Positions 36,964-48,477 of a stretch of 64,000 nucleotides of DNA are shown one piece after another. Below the pieces are notes generated by a model, which saw only the letters and a list, made by a program, of their open reading frames with translations, was not told where the DNA came from and ran no database searches. How positions within the stretch are numbered: the stretch's first letter is position 1; each line of letters opens with the position of its first letter. The stretch covers positions 1 through 64,000 of the forward strand of contig JABLTG010000112.1 of NCBI GenBank assembly GCA_016618085.1. Direction: 5' to 3'. The translations under genes and the position numbers were made by a program. Source of the DNA: Neovahlkampfia damariscottae (lineage: Eukaryota).

Positions 36964-39900
36964 ATGAACGTCTCTTTTAACGATGACAAAATTTTGTCAG
37001 TGAGTGAAAAAGTTGGTGATCCGGTATTAAAATCACAGTGGATGGTAACTTATAGATATTGTTAACTTTTTAGCTTGAATCATCAACAAAACTGGATACA
37101 ATTGGCACTTCGAATATTTTGTTGGAAAAAGAAGAAAACTATCGAAAATTAAATGTAGAAGGACCAAGTTTAAAAGTTATATCAAAAAAGCAAGGATCAA
37201 TAATTTCAAATACTTCAAACAATGGACTTTTTATTGCGAACGCAAAACAAAATTCAACCATTTTGATCAAAAGAGCAACTGATAAAGCAAAACGAAAACT
37301 AAAACTACCTTTATTAGAAAGGCAAGTCGAGTTTGATTTAGAAAGTAAAAAAAAATTTCAAAAATAACTTCAAAAAAGACACAAGAAAAATTTTTGTCTC
37401 AGATAATGGAGAAAATTTAGTTTTAATCACAAAAGACAAAATTTTTTTATGGGATTCTATGGATTCAGAAAATTTAGAAAGTGAAGGTGCTTGGTCATTG
37501 CTCTATCGTGATTTTTTAACTCAAAAAAATTCTTGTGCTCCTTCTTATGATGTTACCTTTTATGAAAATCAAGTAACATCAATAATAATAATTAATCTTT
37601 TTCAAAAAAAAGACTGACGGTAAAATGTGTAGAATAGTTTCAACCTTTATTAAAAAAATGGGTGTTTCTGATAAAGATATTCGTGAATCAGAAGATCAAT
37701 TTGATTTTACTTCCAATTCAACCATAACACCAACAAAAACAATTAAAATAGTTCAAAAACTCCAAACAAAATATAATCATCTTAATGAAATGGATAAACC
37801 ATCATTTTTCAAAACAGAAAGATTTGAAACCAAAAAAGAAAGAGATAATGAAGAAGATGATGAAGATGATTTTGATGAAAATTCTGATTTTGATCAAACA
37901 AAATTTTGTTTAGTTATAGTTACAATTGATGTTAAATTATCATTTTGTGCTGTTGTAAAACCATCAAGATTATCAACTGAAGAAATTCAATTTCCATTTC
38001 ATCAAGAAATTTGTTATACAATTTTAAAAACAAAAGATGATTTAACTGAAACAATAAGATTAAAAACAGATATTCCAGCTACTATAGTTAAATGGGATCA
38101 TCAATCAAATTCAATTGGTGTGTTTTTCAATTCATTTGATTCAATTAAAGATTCAAAAGGAATTTTTTACATTCCTTTTCAAAAGAAATTATTATTTGTG
38201 GAATATGGAAATGTAAATTTTTAATTTTAATTAATGATTTAGATTTTCTCTGAAAAGTTATTTCATGCAGAGGAATTTAGAGATCCAATTAAAAATGCTG
38301 TTTATGATGCTTCTTGGTCTTGTGATGGCATTTTCTTTTTTTTAATAACAACATCTGGTTTGATATCAATATTGAGTAGATTTGGTGATTTGATTAAATT
38401 CAATTTGAAAACAACAAAAGTTCATAAAGAATTTAACACAACTGATATGAAAGATAAGAAACAAGTAAATTTAAAAAAATTATTTAAACTTTCAAAAGAT
38501 ATTTCAAATTGGTTGTCATCCAAAAATACCAAAATTATTTGTTTGTAATGGTTATAAAATATCATTTTATTCATTTGGTACAATTGATTCAGTTACAACC
38601 ATTTTAGCTTACACCCAAGAAAAACAATGGCAACAAAAAGAATTTTTCATCCAACAAGGTGGTAATATGGATATTCTAATAGATATCTGGAGATTATCAT
38701 TGAGTAATTCATTGTTGAGAAAAAATATTAGTTTCAAAAGTGCTCTTGATTCTTTGGTTGATATTATTGTTTCAAAAATAACTTCAAATCCTTCAATTGA
38801 AGAGAATATTTATTTCATAAGGGACTTATTTTTATCTTTAAATTGGTGTTGTTGTCAAAAAAATAAACTTATTATCATACCACATTTCATCAATTTAGTT
38901 GAAAGAATCTTTGAACATTTTATTGAAAAAAAGAGTGATTCAATTGATATTATTATTCAGTTTATCAATAAATCCAAAGATACATTTGATAAATTATTGA
39001 AGGATTCTTATGAAACAACAATTATTAATAAGGAATTGAAAACACCAATAATTAAATTCAAACATATTTGGTTATCTATTGGTCAAAAATTATTCGAATT
39101 TTCATCTTCAAAATTTGATCATTTTTTGGAAATCAATGCTGATGAAATTGATATTGATGATATTGATTCAAATTTTTCAGATGATTCAGATAACAGTGAA
39201 TTTTCAAATGATAAAGATGTTGATCAAAATGGACCAATCCCATACAAAGAATTATTAGAATCTCTTTTATATGTGTTAACAAAAGATGATGAAAAAACTT
39301 TAGGATCAAGAGATTACTATTTATCTTTCAATTTAGATTCAAAAAAACTTTTAAAATTGAAGAAGGGAAATATGTATTTCTTATCTGGAAATTTTTTAAA
39401 AGCTGCTTCTTTGTATGAGAGATATTTAAAAAGAACATTTTTTTCACGTGCAACTTTTTTATCATATGTTCATGCTGGTGATATTGATGAAGCTTTTAAT
39501 ATATTTTCAACATTTGTTCCTTCATTTAAATTAAATTTAGTTATTCCAAATTATCAATTTATTCATTCAAATTTAGTTATTGAATTAGCAAAATTATTAG
39601 AAAATTTATATGAAGGAAAACAAGTTTATGGATTATCTGCACCTGCATGTTATGAATTAAGTCTACCTTTGATAAGTAATGAAGAAAATTCATTACTTTA
39701 TTTACCATTGGATATTGAAAAATTAAGATCTTCTTGTTATTTTTTAATTAAAAATCATTCTGAAATTTCAAATCTTTTGGACTTTATTATTGCTCTTTGG
39801 ATCATTGCAGGTAATCCTTATGAAGCAATTCGAATTTGTATCAAATTTAATTTATGGCATAAATCATTAGAGGTGTATTTAAAATTATCTGAAATTGAAA

Positions 39901-41438
39901 ATTCAAATGAAGTTTTTGAATCAAATGAATTAAAGAAAGTATTTTTTGATTCAATTGAAGAATGTAATTTTACACAATGCTATAGATTAAATAGAATTTT
40001 ATCATTCAGTGAAGTTTATGATGAAACATTATCTATTGAAACAAGATCTTTAATAATGAATAGATATTTATTGAATATTGAAAAAGAAATCATTGAAATA
40101 TCATCAAAAGAAAAATTATTAGATTGTTCATTACAACAACAACCAACAAAATTTATGCCAAAATTAATGAATAATTTGAAATTCTTAAATCCAAATAATC
40201 AACCAATTAATATTGAAAAAGATCTTTCAACTTTATTATTCAATTGTATTAGATTCTTTTCAAGTTCATCAAATGATTTTAAATTAATGTTAAATGAGTA
40301 TCAAAATTATTTTCAAAATCAAATTGAACCAAAGAATTTGAATATTCTAATATCATTCAAGTTGTTATGTAGATATTTATATTTTATCTTTTTAAAAGAT
40401 TCAATTCAATGTTTATTTTTTCAATCAAAACCATTCAAGAGATATTATTCTGTTGATTATGAAGAAGAAAAGAAAAATGATCATTTTGAAATTGCAAAGA
40501 AATGTGGTTATTTATTGAGTTTTCAAGAATTTTATTCAATTGATTATCTTCAAGGAAATTTCTTGACTTCATTAATGTCATTGGAATCACCTGAATTAAT
40601 TTCAAAATTCTTAAAGAAATATTTTAAAAATGATGAATCTGTAGTTGATTCACAACGACCAAAATTGAAAATATTAACTGAAATTATCAAAGAGAATGAA
40701 ATATCACAGGAAGAAGAAATTGAAAAAAATAATGATGAATTGGATGATAGTTTATTTTGGGAATTTGAAATTGAAAATGATTATTGGGAATATTTATCAT
40801 TCTTTTTTGATTCAATTAAATTATATAAGATTAATCATGATATTGAATCTTTATTGACTTCAATAAAAGCAATGAGAGAACCAAATGATCATTTTATTCC
40901 AACAATATCAAAAGAAGAATTTCAACAAAAAATGATTGATAAGAAAATACCTTATTCAATGATTGGATATCCATCTGATTTTAAAATTCCTAGAAGAAAA
41001 AGATCTGAAAAATTTACAAGTGAAGAGATTATTCAACAAAATGAACTTCGAAATAAGAAAAAAAGGGAAACTGTTAATTTAACAAAACATTTCTTTTCAA
41101 ATTTATTCAGAGGTAAAAATGCAGAGCCATCTGGAGAACCAATTGTACCAGTTTTGGATTTGAATAACAATAATGATAATAGTGAACAACCTAAAAAGAA
41201 AACTATTTTTGATTTGTTATCTCCAAGAAAAAAAGGGAATGTTGGCAAAACACCAAGAAACAAAACTCCAAGAAGTAAAAAATCAGAAAGAACAATGTCA
41301 AAAAGAGATTCAAAATTCAATAAGAAACTTGAAAAAGAAAAATCACAAAAATTCTTTAATGATATTCAACTTGTTGAATCACCCAAAAGTTCAAGGAAAA
41401 AAGAATCTTTCAGTGATGAAATGATTGTAGAAATTTAA
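36964..41438 (+). CDS. CPLANE1: CPLANE1 (C5orf42/JBTS17)-like large protein, multi-exon
   Basis: Spliced segments FVSDNGENLVLITKDKIFLWD...GAWS, WSCDGIFFFLITTSGLISILSRFGDLI, FQIGCHPKIPKLFVCNGY and LWIIAGNPYEAIRICIKFNLW resemble remembered CPLANE1 blocks in the same order. Confidence 0.6.
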
Positions 41439-41503
41439 AACCCACAATTTTTTTTGAACTATTCAAGATTGGTATTATTTTTAGTTTTGATGATAAATGT
41501 ATT

Positions 41504-41575
41504 ATGATGAAACATTTTCCAAAATATACATTGTTCTAATTGCCTGATATACTTGATGTGAAATGGCGTAACTGA
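41504..41575 (+). ncRNA. Candidate box C/D snoRNA
   Basis: ATGATGA (41504-10), CTGA (41544-47), TTGATGT (41553-59) and CTGA (41572-75) in C-D'-C'-D order within an unusually long intergenic gap; ATTGG at 41468. Confidence 0.35.
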
Positions 41576-41724
41576 TTTTTTACTTTTGTGAGTGACTCAA
41601 AATATAGATGACTTTTTTCATCAAAAAACTTCAAAAAATAAAAAATTTCTGGAAATTAAATTTTGGAAACCCATATTATCCTTGATTGGTCCATTTGAAC
41701 CAATTAAAATTTATTAAGTCAGAA

Positions 41725-42882
41725 ATGGATGAAGTGTTAGTAGGTACATTGGATCAAAAAGAATGCACAAAAATGCCATCTGATTCATCAATCCCTGTAG
41801 TAATTAGACCAAATAAAAACGCAACATTGTCTTTCCTCTGTGGGTGGGTCAAAAATAACCTTAAATTTATCATTGAAAAATTCGAAAGTGACGGTGCTAT
41901 TTTATTTCGTGGATTTGAAGTTACATGTCCACAAGACTTTGAAGATGTTGCTTTATTATTGTCTCCTCAACTTGGTAATGATTATTTAGGTACAAGTCCA
42001 AGAACTATGTTAACAAAATATACTTTTACAACAACTGAATTACCAGCTATATTCCCAGTACCACAACATTTAGAAATGTCATTCCTTAAAAGATCAACAC
42101 CTGAAGTCATTATGTTTTCATGTATGAATGAAGCAATTTCAGGTGGAGAAACACCAATTTGTGATTTGTAAGAAAAATATTAAAATTTATTTCAAAATAG
42201 TGTTAAAGTAACAAAGGAAATGGATGAAAAAACTAAAGCAAAATTTGAAAAAAAAGGAATAATTCATTATAGAAATTATAAAGGAAAAGGTGGATGGCAT
42301 TTAGATCCATGGCAATTAAAAGAATGGAGAGATATTTTTAAAACAGAAGATCATGAAAAAGTTAAAGAAATTTGTGACAGAGATGAACTAGTACCTCACT
42401 GGGATGGTGATAATCTTCAACTTTCTCAAGCTATTCCAGCATTTAAAAAACATAAAAGAACTGGAGAAACTGTATGGGCTAATCACTCAGATGTATTTCA
42501 TACTTCACAAGCAAAAGGAGAATATGGTTATATTGCTCCAAAAACTGGAAAATTATTTGATTACTTTATGTGGATCATTTTAGTAATTGCAACATTTTTT
42601 AGAGTTTTACTCATTGCTCCAGAAAAACAAGCAATGAATACAACTTATGGAGATAAAACTTTAATTAAAGATGAAGAATTAGCAAAAGTTAGAAAAGTAA
42701 TTTGGAAAAATTTAGTTGCTTATGAATGGCGTAAAGGAGATATCATTTTACTTGATAATCAAAGAGTTTCACATGGAAGATTACCTTTCACAGGAAACAG
42801 AAAAGTTGCGTAAGAAAAAAAAAACAATTTAAAATTAATTGCTAGATGTGCTTGGGGTGATGCGCATAAAAGTAAAAAATAA
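41725..42882 (+). CDS. TauD/TfdA (SyrP-like) Fe(II)/2-oxoglutarate dioxygenase, 3 exons
   Basis: GAILFRGF, PQHLEMS (HxE), GGETPICD, WRKGDIILLDNQRVSHGR. Confidence 0.88.
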
Positions 42883-42908
42883 ATTTATCTTTTGACAAAA
42901 AGAAAGTT

Positions 42909-45360
42909 TTATTGTTGAATTTTTCTTTTTCTTCCACGTTTTTTTTTATTTACAATATTTTGTTTTATGAAAACTTTGAGAGGATTTTCTTCATCTTGTT
43001 TCAAAAATTCATATGTAATTTTATAAGGTAATTTTTGTTTTGAAATCTTTGGTGGTGTTGTAGTTCCTTTATATCCATGATAATAATCAGAAGGTTCTTG
43101 TAAACAACTTTCTTTTTCCTCCTCTTCATTTTGTTTTCTAAATTCATGATAATCAGAAGTTTTGTCTTGTAAATAATTTTCAACTTTTACTTTTTTGTAT
43201 CCATGATAATAATCAGAAGGATCATTCAAAAAACTTTGAAATTCTTCATTCTTTGTTTCAACTTGTTCTACAATCTCTTCTGTGGTTTCTTGAATTTTCT
43301 TTTTTCTTCCACGTTTTCCTTTTTTCTTTTTTGGTGTTACTTTTTTTTCTTCATCTTTAATTTCAAAATCACTTCCAAATTCATCAACAGGTGAAGTATA
43401 TGTAAATTGTTCATCAAGAAATGTGTCTTCTTCATCTTCTTCATCTGGTAAAAAAACTAAATCATCTTCTGTATATCCTTCATCAAAATAATGAGTCTTT
43501 CTTGTTCCTCTTCCTCTTCCTTTTTTAAGTATCTCAACTTTTTCTAATTCTTGAATATCTTTTGGAGAATAAGTTGGCAATGAGTCATAATTTCCATTTT
43601 TTGGATCTTCTATTTTTGTTGGAATATAAGATTCCAAAGTAACTTGTGTCCAACTTCTATTAAACTTTTCTAAACGAGTTTGTATTTTTGAAGGTGTTGT
43701 TGGTTGTGAGTTATCAAGTGATCCATTTAACTTTTCAAGATTTGATATTTCATCATTTTCTTGTTGAACATACAATTGTGTTATATTTTCTTTAACATCT
43801 TCAATTTTCTTTTTATCTTTCTTTGAAGTTAATTCATATCTTTTTCTTTCTTGAATCTCCAGAGGTAAATGTCTATCACGAATTGATTCATCATTATCAT
43901 CATCATCATCATCATTAAGTATATTTTCTTCTTTTTCATTCTCTTCTCGTTTTTTTGATTCAAATATTGTATCATTAACATCTAATATTGTTGAACTTGG
44001 TGTTCTCCATTCTGGTGTATAAATATCTTTTACTTTTATTTCTGGTATAATAAAATTGGATCTTAAATCATTCCAAGGAACAACAATATCATCCATATCA
44101 AATTCACCATGTTTTTTATGTTTCTTTCTTGAAGGTGTTGATTCACTTTTAGTTTTTCTCTTTTTACCATCAGTTGATGATAATTTTGTATTTATACTCA
44201 AATTTTGTTTCTTTTTCTTTTCAAGATGATAATCTAAAAAGTTAAAAAAAAATATCATTCAAACCTGTTGTAAATAGTTTCAATGAATTAATAACTTCTT
44301 CTTTTATAAATTTTGTATTATTTGTTGAATTGAATGTTGAAAAAATAGGATGATTTTTAACATCTTCAACTCTCATTTGAGGTGGGTATTCTTCTAATTG
44401 TATTATATTATTTTTAATATTTTCAGATGGTATTATTTCTGGTAATCTAGAAGATGTTTCATTTAAATTATTTTGTATTTGTGATAATCTTTGATTTGTT
44501 TGAGATAATTCTTGATTTAATTGTTCAATTCTTATATTTAACCAAGATAACCTCCAATTTTGTTTTTCTTCAATATTATCCCATTGTGATGATATTTCTT
44601 TTCTTATTTTATCTTGTCTTGTTTCATCAATTTCATGAAGTATATTAGCTTTTTCAGTTGAAAATTTTGATATAAAATCATTCAACATTTTGTCTACTTC
44701 TTTATCTATAATATCATCTAAAAGTGATTCTGAAAATATTTTAGTTATCTCTTGAGCTTCAGGTATATCTTTTATTTTTGGTTTTATTTTTTTTTTTTGT
44801 TTAGTTTCAGTTTCTTCTTTTTTATTTTTTATTGGAAAAAAACGACCACTTTGGTTATTGATTTGTTGAATTATAAAAGGATTTAAACTGAGTAATGATT
44901 GTCTTTGAGATTCTTCAGTTGTCATATTTGAAGAAGATCCATTTGTTGATGGTGTTTTTGAATTACCATTTGTTGATGTTCCATTCATAGAATTTTGTAA
45001 TCCAAATAGTAAATAAGAAGGTATGTTTGGCATTGGTAGAAAATTAGGTAAAATTCCTTTTTCTTCTTTTAACGGTTTTGTTGAAGAATCTAAATTTGTG
45101 GAAGGAATTTGTGGTTCTTTTTTCGTTTTGTGTTTATTTTTCTCATCCTTCTTTTTTCCTTGTCTTGAAGGAATCGTTTTTTTCTTTGTGGTCTCTTTCG
45201 TCAACTTTTCTTCGTTAATTTTTGATTCAGTGGAAAATTCTTGAAAATTATAAAATTATTTTTGAAGGTAATGAGTGATATTCTATTTATTAATTGTTGA
45301 AAAAATTTTACGAAATGAATTTTCTTCACTTAACCGTTCAGAGCGAAGTTGATTTTTAAT
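42909..45360 (-). CDS. KANSL1/NSL1-like PEHE-domain protein; 5' end uncertain
   Basis: WRLSWLNIRIEQL coiled coil, FDMDDIVVP...KDIYTPEWR, RHLPLEIQERKRY (PEHE-like); intron at ~44234-44265. Confidence 0.6.
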
Positions 45361-45625
45361 TTTGAAGGTTTTTGATTGGTTGATGAATTTATATGAGGTG
45401 ATTGGGCAGTGAAAAACGTACCTCCAATGAGATGCTAAATTTTTAAAAAACTTGAGAATAATGCCAAAAAAAAAAGATAAAAAAATATTGATTAAATTTA
45501 CACGGAAATATTTGCGTTTTTTTAGGATTTTTCAACTCCTTTTTTTTACCCAAAAATAAATAGACCAATCAACAACCTTTATTTTACGCGCTTTTTTTTT
45601 TAGTTTACAAACACCACAGAACAAC

Positions 45626-48473
45626 ATGTCCGTTTCAGAAAAGGATTTAACAACTTTTGTTCGTTTACAATGGAAACAAGGAGAATCTATTGGATTTGCA
45701 GAACTCTTGAAAACACTAAAAACAGATTGGACAGACAGAGTAAAAGCGATGAACATTTTCAAAAATTTCATAGACAATGGAGCTACAGAATGTTCCAATT
45801 TCATGAGTGAATTTCACTACTTGAAGGAACCATTTTGTGTTCAGGTTTGAAAAAAAACTCATTAAACTCAATCTTTGAAAGGTTTTAGAATTAAGATCTG
45901 CTGTAGTAAAAGAAATTACGGCACTTATAGCACATATTGCTATAACTATGGAAGATAGTTTTGAACCTCTGGCTGATTATTTTCTTCCTGTTCTTTTGAA
46001 AAACACTTATGTTACAAAAAAAATTATTTCAGAACCTTCACATGATTGTATCAAACAAATAATCACTAAAAGTAAAATAAACAAGTCCATCAATGAAATT
46101 GCTAATTCTCTATCAAACAAAAAAAGGTAAAAACAAAATTCATTTTTCATTTCATTTCACACAGTCATAAAGTATTACGTCAGAGATCAATTGAATACAT
46201 TAATCTCTTACTACAATCAAAAACAACAAAATATTTCGAAAATCATGTAACAACAATAGAAAAGGCTATAAAAGATGCAATTGAATTTGATAATAAAGAA
46301 ACTGGAAGAAAAGCATTTTATGAACATCAAAATCATTTTCCAGAACGTTCAAAGAAGTAAGAGAAAAAAAAAATATTTAATATTTCAAGATTCTTAAGTT
46401 CTCTTGATAAAAAATCACAAGATTATGTTAATAAAGATAAAAATAAAACATTATCTTCATCAACAACAAGTTCATCAATAAGATCATCTCAAATGTCAAT
46501 TAGAAAAAAAATAGCAATGAATCAACAAACAACAGAAAAAAAAGTACATTTTGAAATGAAAGAACCACCAGTTACACCTTTAATGAAAGTACCTCAGAGA
46601 TCTATTTTGAAATCACCAAAACATCAAAGAGTACCTGAAACACCTGTTACACCAAAACAACAATTAAAACCACCATTACCATTCACAGATAAATCAAATA
46701 AACCAAATAATGTTCCAATAACTTCAATTACACCTTTATCAAAGGCATCACCTTCACCAAATAGATTAACACCTTCATCACTGTTTTCATCATCTTTGAA
46801 AGAATCACAGTCACCTTTATCAACTTTCAAGTTTCAATATACAAAAGAAAATGAAATATTAACAAAATTGAATGATAGTAATACAGATCAATGGACAACA
46901 AGAGTTCTTTTAATTGAACAATTATCAAGTGCATTAGAAGAAGGAATTGATTCAAAAAAAATGAATTTTTCAAAAGTAATGGTCAAAATTCTTGATGGAT
47001 TATCTGATTCACATTATAGAGTAGTTTTAGAAACATTAAATTGTTTAATTAAATCAATTATAAATTATAAAAGTGAATTTGAAGAATATCTTGAAAAGTA
47101 AAATTCATTATTTTAACATATTTTTCTCCAGAATTCTTTCAAAACTTATCATTAAAACAGGAGATCCAAAATTATCAATAAGAGAATCATCTGAACAATT
47201 AATTGGAATTATTTTAAATAATTTTAGAGATGATAAATTATTGATTACAATTTTAAAATTAACACAACATCAAACAGTTAAAATTAAAATGGATTGTATT
47301 GAATTTTTGATAAAGATGATTCCAAAAAACAAAGAGTTTTTTAGTCAACAAAAGAGTAGAAAAAAAAACAAAAAATTTAACATTTCTTTGATAGATTTAA
47401 GAGAGTTTGTGATTGTATTTTCATCAAATATTAAAGAAAGAAAGAATACAAGTTCATATGTTCAATGTTTGACATTATTATATCAAAATTATAAACAAAC
47501 ATTTTATGAATATCTTGAAACTATATCACATTCAGAACAAGAGTTATTATCTAAAATGTTACATCCACACTTGAAATTAAAAGATAATGATTGTCCAATA
47601 GGAACAACTAAATCAGAAAATGAAACAACACCAAAGAAAAGAAATAGGGAATATAAAAATCAACAAGAAGGAAAATTAAAATTGACACCTTCTTCATCAA
47701 AGAAATTGAAAAGTAGAAAATTAAATCAAACATTTGAAGAGGAACTTGAAGAGTTACCAACTATAAAAAACTTGGTTGTCAGAGAAAGTTTAATTTCAAA
47801 AGATTTCGATTTTAATGAATTTCAAAAGAAAATGTTTGAAGAAAATGATATACATTCATTATTGAATCAATTATTAATTTCATCTGAATTGACTGATCTT
47901 AATGTATTGATAAAGTTATGTGAAACAAAACAAGGAGAATGGATGAAAAATGCAGAGATTGTTCAAACAATATCAATGTCATTAACAGAATCAGATAAAG
48001 ATGAAATTAGATCAAATAGTTTCCTTTTAATAGAGTCTATTATTAGAAATTATTCTTCAATTTATTTGAATTGTCAAAATGAACTTTTATCAAAACTAGT
48101 TAAAGGAAATGAAGATGAATATTATAAAGTTAGAGATAGTGCAAGAAATGCATCCAATACATTTATTGATTATTTTCCATTTGCAACTGATTTATTAATT
48201 TCTAATTTGGAGAATGATTATAATTTAGAAGTTTCATTGCAACTTTTACATGTTATTCTTTCAAAAAAATCAGAGAAATTTTTGAATATTTGGAAGGAAT
48301 TGACAAATTGTCTTTTAAAATTTTTGAAAAACGAAAAAACAGAAATTAGAGAATCTGCTGTTTATTGTTTGGTTGATGTTTGTCATTCTTCCAATGAAAG
48401 ATCGAATTTTTTGACGAATCATTTATCAACAAGAGAATTAAAATTGGTCAATCATTATTTAAGTAAATATTAA
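45626..48473 (+). CDS. CLASP-like TOG/HEAT microtubule-binding protein, multi-exon
   Basis: DWTDRVKAM...LRSAVVKE (CLASP N), S/P-rich linker, further HEAT/TOG repeats (QWTTRV..., IRESAVYCLV). Confidence 0.75.
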
Positions 48474-48477
48474 AAAT

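Noticed and set aside
41588..41598. TGAGTGACTCA palindrome (AP-1/GCN4-like) upstream of TauD
   Set aside because: Single short occurrence with no independent support.
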